Shown: piece by piece, positions 47,150 through 64,000 of the stretch | Layout of the letters: each line of letters starts with the position of its first letter | Position numbering within the stretch: position 1 is the first letter of the stretch | Assembly: GCF_009914755.1 (NCBI RefSeq) | Contig: NC_060928.1 | Length of the DNA stretch: 64,000 nt | Source of the DNA: the human T2T-CHM13v2.0 reference genome, Homo sapiens | Direction: 5' to 3' (one strand) | Notes under the pieces: model-generated | What the model was told of the DNA's origin: nothing | The model's database searches: none | What the model saw: the letters and a program-made list of their open reading frames with translations, nothing else | Made by a program: the position numbers and the translations under genes

Positions 47150-49935
47150 GGCAACCTACAGAATGGGAGAAAATTTTTGCAATCTAGCCATCTGACAAAG
47201 AGTTAATATCCAGAATCTACAAAGAACTTAAACAAATTTACAAGAAAAAACAAACAACCCCATCAAAAAGTGGGTGAAGGATATGAACAGACACTTCTCA
47301 AGACACTTACGCAGCCAACAAATATATGAGAACAGACACTTCTCAAAAGAAGACATTTATGAGGTCAAAAAACATTAAAAAGAGCTCATCATCACTGGTC
47401 ATTGAGAAATGCAAGTCAAAACCACAATGAGATACCACCTCATGCCAGTTAGAATGACGATCATTAAAAAGTCAGGAAACTTTTTTGTTTTTTTCTCAAT
47501 GGGTTTGCCACCAGAACACAGGTATCGTGAAAACTACCCCTACCTATAAGCCAGAACGAGAAAGGAAAAGACTCATATCAACACTGTGATCATCGGACAC
47601 GTAGATTCGGGCAAGTCCACCACTACTGGCCATCTGATCTACAAATGCGGTGGCGTCGACAAAAGAACCATCGAAAAATTTGAGAAGGAGGCTGCTGAGA
47701 TGGGAAAGTGCTCCTTCAAGTATGCCTGGGTCTTGGATAAACTGAAAGCTGAGCGTGAACATGGTATCACCATTGATATCTCTTTGTGGAAATTTGAGAC
47801 CAGCAAGTACTATGTGACTATCATTGATGCCCCAGGACACAGAGACCTCATCAAAAACATGATTACAGGGACATCTCAGGCTGACTGTGCTGTCTTGATT
47901 GTTGCTGCTGGTTTTGGTGAATTTGAAGCTGGTATCTCCAAGAATGGGCAGACCCGAGAGCATGCCCTTCTGGCTTACACACTGGGTGTGAAACAACTAA
48001 TTGTTGGTGTTAACAAAATGGATTCCACTGAGCCACCCTACAGCCATAAGAGATATGAGGAAATTGTTAAGGAAGTCAGCACTTACATTAAGAAAATTGG
48101 CCACAACACCGACACAGTAGCATTTGTGCCAGTTTCTGGTTGGAATGGTGACAACACGCTGGAGCCAAGTGCTAACATGCCTTGGTTCAAGGGATGGAAA
48201 GTCACCCGTAAGGATGGCAATGCCAGTGGAACCACGCTGCTTGAGGCTCTTGACTGCATCCTACCACCAACTCGTCCAACTGACAAGCCCTTGTGCCTGC
48301 CTCTCCAGGATGTCTACAAAATTGGTGGTATTGGTACTGTTCCTGTTGGCTGAGTGGAGACTGGTGTTCTCAAACCTGGTATGGTGGTCACCTTTGCTCC
48401 AGTCAACGTTGCAACAGAAGTAAAATCTGTTGAAATGCACCATGAAGCTTTGAGTGAAGTTCTTCCTGGGGACAATGTGGGCTTCAATGTCAAGAATGTG
48501 TCTGTCAAGGATGTTCGTCGTGGCAACGTTGCTGGTGACAGCAAAAAGGACCCACCAATGGAAGCAGCTGGCTTCACTGCTCAGGTGATTATCCTGAACC
48601 ATCCAGGCCAAATAAGTGCTGGCTATGCCCCTGTATTGGATTGCCACACGGCTCACATTGCATGCAAGTTTGCTGAGCTGAAGGAAAAGACTGATCGCCA
48701 TTCTGGTAAAAAGCTGGAAGATGGCCCTAAATTCTTGAAGTCTGGTGATGCTGCCATTGTTGATATGGTTCCTGGCAAGCCCGTGTATGTTGAGAGCTTC
48801 TCAGACTATCCACCTTTGGGTCGCTTTGCTGTTCATGATATCAGACAGACAGTTGCGGTGGGTGTCATCAAAGCAGTGGACAAGAAGGCTGCTGGAGCTG
48901 GCAAGGTCACCAAGTCTGCCCAGAAAGCTCAGAAGGCTAAATAAATATTATCCCTACTACCTGCCACCCCACTGTTAATCAGTGGTGGAAGAATGGTCTC
49001 AGAACTGTTTGTTTCAATTGGCCATTGAAGTTTAGTAGTAAAAGACTGGTTAATGATAACAATGCATCATAAAACCTTCAGAAGGAAAGGAGAATGTTTT
49101 GTGGACCACTTTGGTTTTCTTTCTTTGCATGTGGCAGTTTTAAGTTATTAGTTTTTAAAATCAGTACTTTTTACTGGAAACAACTTGACCAAAAATTTGT
49201 CACAGAATTTTGAGACCCATTAAAAAAGTTTAATGAAAAAATAAAATAAAATAAAAAATTAAAAGTTAGGAAACAACAGATGCTGGAGAGGATGTGGAGA
49301 AATAGGAAAGCTTTTACATTGTTGGTGGGATTGTAAATTAGTTCAACCATTGTGGAAGACAGTGTGGTGGTTTCTCAAGGATCTAGAACCAGAAATATCA
49401 TTTGACCCAGCAATCCCATTACTGGGTATATACCCAAAGGATTATAAATCATTCTACTGTAAAGACACATGCACACGTATGTTTATTGCAGCACTGTTCA
49501 CAATAGCAAAGACTTGGAACCAACCCAAATGCCCATTAATGATAGACTGGATAAAGAAGATGTGGCACATATACACCATGGAATACTATGCAGACATAAA
49601 AAAGGATGAGTTCATGTCCTTTTCAGGGACCTGGATGAAGCTGGAAACCATCATTCTCAGCAAACTAACACAGGAACAGAAAACCAAACACCACATGTTC
49701 TCACTCATAAGTGGGAGTTGAACAATGAGAACACTTGGACACAGGGAGGGGAACATCACACACTGGGGCCTGTCGGGGGTGGGGGTGCTAGGGGAGAGAG
49801 AGCATTAGCAGAAATACCTAATATAGATGACGGGTTGATGGGTGCAGCAAACCTCCGTGGCACGTGTATACCTATGTAACAAACCTGCACATTCTGCACG
49901 TGTATCCCAGAACTTAAAGTAAAAAACAAAACAAA
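47150..49935 (+). mobile_element. 5'-truncated L1PA (ORF2 end and 3'UTR) hosting the EEF1A1 retrocopy
   Basis: L1 sequence continues across the retrocopy (gtcaggaaac|aacagatgctggag). 3' end ...cccagaacttaaagt plus A tail. TSD-like aaaaag(g/a)caa. Confidence 0.88.
47481..49260 (+). pseudogene. EEF1A1P9: EEF1A1 processed pseudogene (probably EEF1A1P9)
   Basis: Intronless copy with TOP-like 5'UTR, 462 codons (47556-48944), start ATG->ACG, R266 CGA->TGA at 48351, 3'UTR, ATTAAA at ~49219 and A tail. TSD aaaagt(c/t)aggaaac. The symbol is recalled from its position next to PPA2. Confidence 0.93.
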
Positions 49936-50653
49936 AAAAAGACAATATAAATTTTTAAATGAACAATGGATTTAAATAGATGTTCCTTCAAAGAAAATAT
50001 ACAAATGGTCAACAAACACATAAACAGATATTTAACTTCATTGGTCATTAAGGAAATACAAATCAAAAGAAGATACCAAAACCAAACTGCAACAACAACT
50101 AATGAGATAAAACTGCATGGCCACTAGGATGGCTACAATAATCAAAAACAAATAAAAAATAGGCATGGAGAAACACAAACTCTCGTGCATTGCTGGTGGG
50201 GATATAAAATGGTGCAGCTGCTGTGGAAAACGTTTTGGTGGTTCCTAAAAAAGCTAAACATAGAATTGTCATATGACCCAGCAATTCCTCTTCCAGGTAT
50301 AGACTACAGAGAAATGAAAACATACAACATATATCCACACAGAAACTTATATATATCAATGATTATAGCAGCATTATTCCTAATACCCAAAAGAAGTAAA
50401 CATCCTAAGTGTCTAACAACAAATGAATGGATAAATAAAACTTCCATTTTAATAGAAAATCTTTTGTAACAGCTTTTTTATTCTTCCAAAATGAAACTGA
50501 TAGATAATAAAACCTACTACACTCAAAATCTTCAAAAAATCAACATAATGCCTAACTATTAAGGAAGGTATAAAAAATTTGTAATAAAACTGTATGTATG
50601 AAATAAAACTCTATGTTCAATATGCAAATGTGCAGGCACCAGTCATATGGGGA

Positions 50654-52065
50654 CAGTTAAAATAATACAGGGAAGGGATCTTACTGTGTGGACATCTCAT
50701 GATGTAAACAGCATACTCACTGCTAAAGGAGACTTGTGGCTGTCAGACAACCATTTGCTTAAATACCAGACTCTATTAATTGAAGGGCCAGTGCTGTGAC
50801 TGCGCACTTGTGCAACTCTAACCCAGCCACATTTCTTCCAGGCAATGAAGAAAAGATAGAACATAACTGTCAACAGGTGATTGCTCAAACCTATGCTGCT
50901 CAAAGGGACCTTCTAGAGGTTCCCTTGACTGATCCCGACCTCAACTTGTATACTGATGGAAGTTCCTTCATAGAAAAAGGACTTCAAAAGGTGGGGTATG
51001 CAGTGGTCAGTGATAATGGAATACTTGAAAGTAATCCCCTCACTCAGGAACTAGTGCTCAGCTGGCAGAACTAATAGCCCTCACTTGGGCACTAAAATTG
51101 GGAGAAGAAAAAACGGTTAATATATATACAGACTCTAAGCATGCTTACCTAGTCCTCCATGCCCACGCAGCAATATGGAGAGAAAGGGAATGTTTAACTT
51201 CCGAGGGAACATCAGGAAGCTATTAGGAGATTATTATTGGCTGTACAGAAACCTAAAGAGGTGGCAGTCTTACACTGCTGGGGTCATCAGAAAGGAAAGG
51301 AAAGGGAAATAGAAGGGAACCACCAAGCGGATATTGAAGCCAAAAGAGCCGCAAGGCTCTTTAGCATTTAGAAATGCTTATAGAAGGACCCCTAGTATGG
51401 GGTAATCCCCTCTGGGAAACCAAGCCCCAGTACTCAGCAGGAGAAATCGAATGGGGTACCTCACGAGGACATAGTTTCCTCCCCTCAGGATGGCTAGCCA
51501 CTGAAGAAGGAAAAATACTTTTGCCTGCAGCTAACCAATGGAAATTACTTAAAACCCTTCACCAAACCTTTCACTTAGGCATTGATAGCACCCATCAGAC
51601 GGCCAAATTATTATTTACTGGACCAGGCCTTTTCAAAACTATCAAGCAGATAGTCAGGGCCTGTGAAATGTGGCAAAGAAATAATCCCCTGCACTTCAGG
51701 CCATACATTTCAATCCCTGTATCTTTAACCTCCTTGTTAAGTTTGTCTCTCCCAGAATTGAAACTGTAAAACTACAAATGTTCTTCAAATGGAGCCCCAG
51801 ATGCAGTCCATGACTAAAATCTACCATGGACCCCTGGACTGTCCTGCTAGCCCATGCTCCGATGTTGATGACATCAAAGGCACCGCTCCTGAGGAAATCT
51901 CAACTGCACAACCCCTACTATGCCCCAATTCAGCAGGAAGCAGTTAGAGCGGTCGTCAGCCAACCTCCCGAACAGCACCTGGGTTTTCCTGTTGAGAGGG
52001 GGCACTGAGAGAGAGGACTAGCTGGATTTCTAGGCTCACTAAGAATCCCTAAGCCTAGCTGGGGA
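50654..52065 (+). mobile_element. HERV-W (HERV17) fragment: pol RNase H and integrase N-terminus, env C-terminal tail, PPT, start of LTR17 U3
   Basis: RNase H motifs [15 protein letters not shown] and GHQKG..GNHQAD. Syncytin-like tail ends at TAG 51945. PPT gagagggggcac, then LTR start tgagagagaggactagctgg at 52006. Contains frameshifts. Confidence 0.85.
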
Positions 52066-52112
52066 TTGGAAGGCATCACTTTTGCTGGAAGACCTACAGA
52101 CAATATAAAGAG

Positions 52113-52265
52113 TTTTTTTTTTTTTCTTTCAGTTGCAAGATTAAATAGAGTTAAAACAGAGCTCCCATACAAAGGGAGGGGACCCAAAGAGGGTAGCTGT
52201 TGCTGGCTTGAATGCCTGGGTTTATATCCTGATCATTGTTCCTCCCCCTGTGCTCTCAGGCAATA
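52113..52265 (-). mobile_element. LTR17 U3-end/R piece with poly(A) tail
   Basis: Reverse complement reads ...gatataaacccagg...tttgtatgggagctctg...ctctatttaatcttgcaactg followed by an A tail. Confidence 0.8.
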
Positions 52266-52556
52266 ATGAGTAATGAAGGAAACATGCTTAAATAAGCCCC
52301 ATAAATCTCCACCTTATTTGTCTACTACTTTCCTTCATTACTTCTTAGGGAAATTGATATGGTAGACATTAATTGGTGTGATTGCCTGGCTCACAGTGAT
52401 TCCCCAGTCATCAGTCTCTGGTGCTCCTTATCTTTGAATGGGGTTGCTGATTCTTTTATCCCCATTTCCATTCTAGCATATGGTCCAATGCAAACTATAT
52501 GCTCTTGTCTCCAGGGCTGGGGGAGGATGAACATGGGCTCATAACTCAAGCTAGGT

Positions 52557-52922
52557 GCTATGGTCTGAGTATTTGTGTCTTCCCAAAATTCCTGTATTGA
52601 AATCCTAACTCCCAAGGTGATGGTATTAGGAGTTAAGGCCTTTTGAGAGTTGATTAGGTCATGAGGGCAGAGCCTTCATGAATGGGATTAGTGCCCTTAT
52701 AAAATAGGGCCAAGTGAGCTTGTTTGTTCCTTTTACCATGTGAGGACACAGCCAGAAGATACCATCTGTGAGCCGGGAAGCAAGCCCTCACCAGACACTG
52801 AATATGCTGGCACTTTGATCTTGGACTTCCCAGACTCCAAAACTGTGAGAAACATATTTCTACTCTTCATAAGCCACCCAATTTATGGTACTTTGTTATA
52901 GCAGCCCAAACGGACTAAGATA
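52557..52922 (+). mobile_element. MLT1A-like MaLR solo LTR
   Basis: tgctatggtctga...gaatgggattagtgcccttataaaa...gttatagcagcccaaacggactaaga. Confidence 0.75.
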
Positions 52923-54449
52923 CTAGGCCAATCAGTGTCCTTCCTGGGATTGTTAAAACTGGAGCAGTAAGTAGTAAAGATGTGAGTCTAGAAGTACCAG
53001 CAGCCATTCCCTGCCCTCCACAATATGAGGAAACCTGTGCAACAAAGAAAAGCAGAAACAGCAAGAGGCACAGAGTAAGTCCTAACAGCATTCAAGTCCT
53101 TAGTTCCAGTTATTGAAATTTCTGGAACTATCCTAAGCCCTACCTTTCCAAGAGGGAGTTATTTAATCTTGCATTAACTCTGGGGGCTTCACCAGCACCC
53201 TTCCAAAACACTCTTTTTATTGCCCAATTTTGGTTGGGTTTCTTTCACTCACAACAAAGAATTCTAACTTCTTAGGAAATGAATAACCATCTTGGATTCA
53301 AACAAGCAGTGTGAGGGTCCAGAGTCATCAGAGCCCCAGCCTTTGTCTCTGCCACACTTACTGCCAGAAATTGTCCCCCATTTTGCACAGTAAAAACTAA
53401 CGTGAATCCTAAGGCTCCTGTCTGTAATAAGCTCCTTATTTTGGAAGAGAGGAATGGTTATTTACTGGTTTTTTTTTCCCCCTAGTAGCACTGAAATCAT
53501 TCTTAATTTTCAGTTCTTTCATTGTTTTCTCTTTTAGTGACTTTAGCTTTTTAGAGGAGTTCTCAGTATGGCATGCATTCTTCCACAAGTTAACAATCAT
53601 TACCCAAACCAAAACTAATGGATAAGCAATTTCTCCTCAGATACCTGAGCAATCTTTTGATTTTGTTTTTTCTGTTAAGAGTATCTGTGGGAAGAAAATA
53701 AAGAGTTATATTCTCTTTCCAAAGCCTGAAACCTATCTGAGGAACCCACTAACCAAGGATAAGAGAATTCTGCTTGTTGGGGTTTTGACTTAGTTGGTAG
53801 CAGGGAGTAGACAGAGATAGGGATAGATTTATATCTTCATCAGCTGTAATTTCCCAAATATGAACTGGTGCCTTCCATCACAACCCTGCTGTTTGGTCTT
53901 GTAATCTGGAATCCACTAATGTAATCTCACTTGTCAATGTCTATAGAATTAACCTCATAAGTTAAGGTGACCTCTAAGGTTTAAAGGTGAGAAGAGAGAG
54001 TGGGGCACAAAAATATACCATATTTATGAAAATTAGGTCGTTCATTCTGGCTACTTTGGGCTAATTCTCTTCAGGTGTGATTAGTGACTCACTGCTAAGG
54101 AGCCTGATTTTCCCAAACTACACCACATAAAACCTTGTCTTATGTTTCACTGCAGAGGTCTCTCCACTCTTATGTTTGTTTTTTCCTTTTTCTGTTGACA
54201 TGTAATTGAATCCTTTTCAGGCAACTTTCAGCATCTCCCCATATTACTAAAAACCACCCCCTTTGAATGCTGTAAGGTGTTCTATCCACAGAGATGGAGG
54301 CATTTAGGCACCAGGTTCTTGGTGTCTCAATGTTACTGGACACAGAAGAGACTCAATAAAAATTTAGCAAGGAATGAATTTAATGTTTTGAGCCATAATG
54401 AATGCCAGAAAGAGACCCACAGAAAGGAAGTATGTCTGCTTCAGGCATA

Positions 54450-54762
54450 TTTTATTTTATTATTATTTTTATTTTTTTGAGACATGGTCTCACTCTGTTG
54501 CCCAGGCTAGAGTACAGTGGCATGATCATGGCTCACTGCAGCTTCAACCTCCTCGGCTCAAGTGATCCTCCCACCTCAGCCTCCCAGGTAGCTGGGGATT
54601 CAGGCGCATGCCAACATGCCTGGCTAACTTTTTGTATGTTTTGTAGATGTGGGATTTTGCCATGTTTCACAGGCTGGTCTTGAACTCCTAGGCTCAAGCA
54701 ATCCTTTTGCCTCAGACTTGCAAAATGCTGGGATTACAGGTGTGAGCCACTGCACTCAGCCA
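54450..54762 (-). mobile_element. AluJ-like
   Basis: Diverged antisense Alu. Confidence 0.85.
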
Positions 54763-54934
54763 AGTCTTATTTTAAAGTGAGTGAGACTTAGTGTTTTTGG
54801 GGCCACAGAACCATTTCAGAATCTGAGGAAAGGGGCAGATATTTTCTCCCAGAAAGTGCACAATACATACAAAGTTGCTTATAATTTTAGGAGGTCCATT
54901 GGCCTAAGAATCTGTAGATTTTAGTTATAAATTT

Positions 54935-57189
<2,255 letters not shown>

Positions 57190-57501
57190 TTACAAATTTC
57201 TATTAAAGCAGAATATTAAGTAATATAGAAAAATATTTGTAAGTATTGGGAAGTGACTTTTGGGGCTACTTTCTGTTCACACACCTCATCAGTTCTCCCT
57301 AGCCTACTGTCATGATTTAAATGAATTAAGCATTCTTTAAAACAGTCAATTAAAAAAAAAGGATAAGGGCCCCATGTATTGGGTGGTCAGCAAAACAAAA
57401 CAAAACAAACAAACAAACAAAAAACACGGAAAAGAATATTAATTCTTCCTCCTATGAAGTTCCACTCTTTATCCCAAGTTAGAAGATTCTTACCATATCC
57501 T

Positions 57502-57863
<362 letters not shown>

Positions 57864-60534
57864 TTACCATATCCATACCCTCAGGCTGGATATGACTGTC
57901 AAGATTGTTGACATTAACGACTCCCTTTTAACAAGATTTTATCATCTGAATCTGAATATTTGCATGATCTGTCACTCTGTGATTCTTTTTTATTTGTTTT
58001 TTTAAAGGTAAGATAAAATATTTTGTAGAGGAAAATCCCTTATAAGCCCACTGGCATTGGTTTTACCCTTCCTCATTTAAATTAAAATTCAATCACCCTA
58101 ATCAGCATTAAAAAAAACTTTTCTAGCATTATGCTTTGATAACTGTGTTTTCTGAGAACCAAGAAGGAAACACAAAATGATATGGAATAATAGGAACATA
58201 AGTTTAAAGCTAAAGGTATAGTAATCTATCCTGACACTATAGTTTCACAAATTTAAAAAACAGAGACACAAAGGTAAATGTAACCTTTCTAAGATCTCTA
58301 TAACTTGTCCAAGATCTCCATAACAGATTCTTTACTCTTTCTCCATTCAAAAATTATTCATTCACACTATTCACCACGTGTCATTGCAATTCCTCTCAAT
58401 AGAGTAGGTATATTTTCCCATCGTATTGTTGTTGGGCTTGGCCATGTGACCTGCTCTGGCCAGTAAAATATTAGTAGAGACTTTAAGTGTGCTTGCATGA
58501 TTTGGTTTAGCCTCTTGCACTTTTGCTCTTCAACCTTGAGAAGAAGATATTTCACGTAGCTTCTGGACTGAAAAGTTAATGATGATAACTCATATCTACT
58601 CAAAAAAGTAACGATGAGAACATGTGGAGCAGACCTAATCTGAACCTGGAGTTTGGAGTCCAGGCAAGCCCAGCCAAAAGCATTATCATGTCCAAGATCA
58701 GATGAGTAACAGGCAACATGCAGACCTAAAGAAGAAAAGAATTTGCTCTTTTAATCTCCTGAGATTTCAGGAGCTATTGCTATGCAATAGTAACACAGTG
58801 AAAAAGCTGACTACTCGTGTCTCATAAAATTAGCAATGATGAAATATTCTAACAATTTTTTCAAATGGTTGGATTGACTGCAATTTGGTTTACTTGCATA
58901 TAACAGAAAAACTCAAACAATAGTGGCTAGTCAAAATTGAATTTTACTACTGTCTTAGAAAAAAGTCTAGGGTTAGGCAATTTAGATATAGTTTAGTGAT
59001 CTAGGAGGAGAGTAGGCACTTTCTAGTGCATGGTTCTACCATCCCCAGGATATGGCCTTCCCTTAATGGCCCATGATTGCTAGTAGAACTTCTGCCATCC
59101 TATCCAAGATTCAGTAAGAATAAAGGAGAAAGAAAGCAAGCAATGATGCATCCTCTTCCTTTTAAGGAGGCTTCCTGAACATTCCACAGAGTCCCCACTG
59201 AATTTTATCGGCCAGAACTTAGTCTAAGTACTATACCAAGATGCAAAGAGCCTGTGAAATATGGTCTTTAGCTGGGTAGTAAAGCACTAAACAAAAATTA
59301 TGGGGTTCTATTACCAAAAAGAAGGGGGAGAATATATACTTTGAAGCAACTGGCAGTTTCTACTGTAATGAACAAATAGTTGTTCTCCTATAGGAAGTAG
59401 GCAATATCTGAAGTATCCAACTCAGATGGATGACAATAAAAACATTAGTAAACTTTAGTGAAATAAATCATCAGAAGGGATGAGTGATAATCATGGATTT
59501 GATTATGCCATTTATTTGAAATTTGTTTTCTTGTCAATATGATGTTTTGTTATACATTATAAATGTTTGCAGTTCCATGCAGTAAATAGTACTGAGCACA
59601 ACAATGTGAAAAGCATTGTGCTTGGAACTCTTAGAATCCAGATATGAATAAGACACAGTCCTAAGCTTCATGAAATTTAGCAGAACCATTGAGTTTACCA
59701 ACTGTACTGGACATTTTTCTAACAAGCTGACAGCTTTCTACCTCAAGCATCTGGTCTGTTGGCTTTTTTTTTTTTTTTTTTCCTGAATGCTTTTTCCAGT
59801 GCTTCTGAAGCTTATCCAGCTCACTAGTAGAATAGATCCAAAACTTTCTGAGATTTGGTTCTTTTGGAGGAGGGCTATGGGGAGCATCCTGTGCACTGTA
59901 GGAGGTTTAGCAGCGACCCTGGCCTCTACCCACTAGATGTCAGTAGTACCCCCAGTTGTGACAAATGGAAATGTCTCTACACTTTGCTAAATTTCTCCCC
60001 ATTGTTGGGGGGGGTGGCAAAATTGCTCCCAGTTGAGAATTTTAAGGGAATTCTACTAGTCGAGTTTTTATAATTTGAAAACCAAAATATAATTGGTAGT
60101 ACCATTGTGGTTACTGAAGAGATTGAGTTTCTGAAAAGCCTTGACTTTATAATAATCGAAGTTTAAAAATTAATTGAAGTGTATAAAAAGCGGTCATTAT
60201 ACAAAATATTATGAATATAATGAGCTAAATTTTATTGATTTAAATAGAGAATATTGATGTATAGATACTTATCTATCTACTCTGAATGTAAGGCTACAGT
60301 GAAATAACTGAGACCAGATTTATGAGCCCATGATGTAAAACTAAAAACTGGATTAAATGTAAGAAAGGTATTTCAAGATCGGCATAACAGGAAGAGCAGA
60401 ATTATTATCCCTGAGAGAAGGGAAACAAATAAAATGAGCCCTACAACTTAGACTTTCTGCCTAAAGACATATTCCACATGATGGTACCGGTAGGGGGACC
60501 CAAGTAAAGCACAGTGGTCTCTTGGAGCTGAGAA

Positions 60535-61640
60535 AACTTCCTCACATGATAAAGGGAACCTACGAAGATGGAACATTTCCTTATGCTCCTAAGATCAGGA
60601 ACATGACAAGAAAGTCTGCTCTCTCCATTTCTAGTCAACATTTACTGGAGTTACTAGCCTGTACATTAAGCATGAAAAAGAAATAAAAGTCATAGAGATT
60701 GCAAAGGAAGAAATAAAAAAATGCTATTTGCAGACAAAATGATCATGTACATAGAAAATCCTCAAATATATACAAAACATTACTTACTAATGAGTGGCTT
60801 TAGTAAGGTCCCCAGATGAAAGTTAGCATACAAAAATCAATTGCATTTCTATATATTGGTAACAAACAATTGGAAGTATGTTATAAAACATTCCAATTAC
60901 AATAGTATCAACACATGACATTTTAAGAGATAAATATAACAAAGTATGTGCAACATCTGCTTCTGAAAACCAACAAACATCACAGAGACAAATTTTTAAA
61001 GACCCGAATAAATAGAGAAATATGCCATATTCATGAGTTTGAAGAGCCAATGCTGTTGACAGTTCCTCCCAAATTGATCTATAGATTGAAACTAATCCAT
61101 ATCAAATCCCAAAATGTTTTTTGTGAGCAATTGACAAGCTGATTATAAAATTTATATGGAAATGCAAAGGACAAAGCAATTCTGAAGAAGAGTCAAGTTA
61201 GAGAACATATACCACTCAACTCTAAGATTTATTATAAAGATAGATCAAACAAGAGTGAGCTGTTGATGAAAGAATAAATAAATAAATAAATATATGGAAC
61301 ATAATAGAGAGTTCAGAAATAGCCCTACATATCTATGGTCAGTTGATTTTCAAGAATGGTAGAAAGTAATCCAATGGGGAGGACAGTCTTTTTAAAAATA
61401 GTACCAGAACAACTGGACACACATAGGAAAAAAAGTTAACCTGGACTTTTACTTCATACCACATACCAAAATTAATTAGAAATCAATCATGGATATAAAT
61501 GAAAGAAATAAAACTCTAAAAATGTTTTAAGAAAACATAGAAATAAATGTTTTTGAATTCAGGATGGACAAGAGAAACAAAAAGCAGGAGCCATAAAAAG
61601 AAATAATAAATCAGTGTTTATTAAAATTAAAAAAATTGAC
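60535..61640 (+). mobile_element. Old L1M ORF2 fragment (SVA host)
   Basis: Degenerate L1 ORF2 (ctatttgcagacaaaatgatcatgtacatagaaaatcc...). Confidence 0.7.

Positions 61641-64000
<2,360 letters not shown>

Larger units (their letters stand above)
46740..50440 (-). mobile_element. Old L1M (L1MB-like) with apparent 5' inversion, split by the L1PA
   Basis: Minus 3'-end piece at 46740-47132. Plus pieces at 47135-47154 and 49946-50440, ending at gaatggataaa, the L1 position where the minus piece resumes. Confidence 0.65.

Noticed and set aside
47586-48944. 255-aa and 196-aa EF-1alpha ORFs as a functional gene
   Set aside because: Both start at GTG and are halves of one intronless retrocopy split by a nonsense codon, with TSD and A tail.

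Overview
Human genomic DNA; a human-specific AluYa8 and the PPA2 protein sequence point to chr4q24. The left 37 kb holds the promoter CpG island and coding exons 1-6 of PPA2 (mitochondrial inorganic pyrophosphatase, minus strand, residues 1-176); the gene continues past the left edge. The right 27 kb is upstream and rich in retroelements: a tailless U6 retrocopy, a near-intact EEF1A1 processed pseudogene nested in L1s, a split HERV-W retrocopy, a truncated L1, and an SVA interrupted by a 5'-inverted L1PA2-like insertion. I cannot support a new biological system here. The best leads are (i) a MIR-derived 44-nt candidate poison exon in PPA2 intron 2, (ii) a weak T9A9 acceptor on the catalytic exon 6, (iii) a HERV-W retrocopy whose two pieces sit on either side of a ~47-bp core in a non-canonical order, (iv) an L1-in-SVA insertion with a 13-nt 3' transduction tag, and (v) a locally templated Alu copy near the promoter. 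Repeat subfamily names come from recalled consensus sequences and need RepeatMasker/Dfam confirmation.
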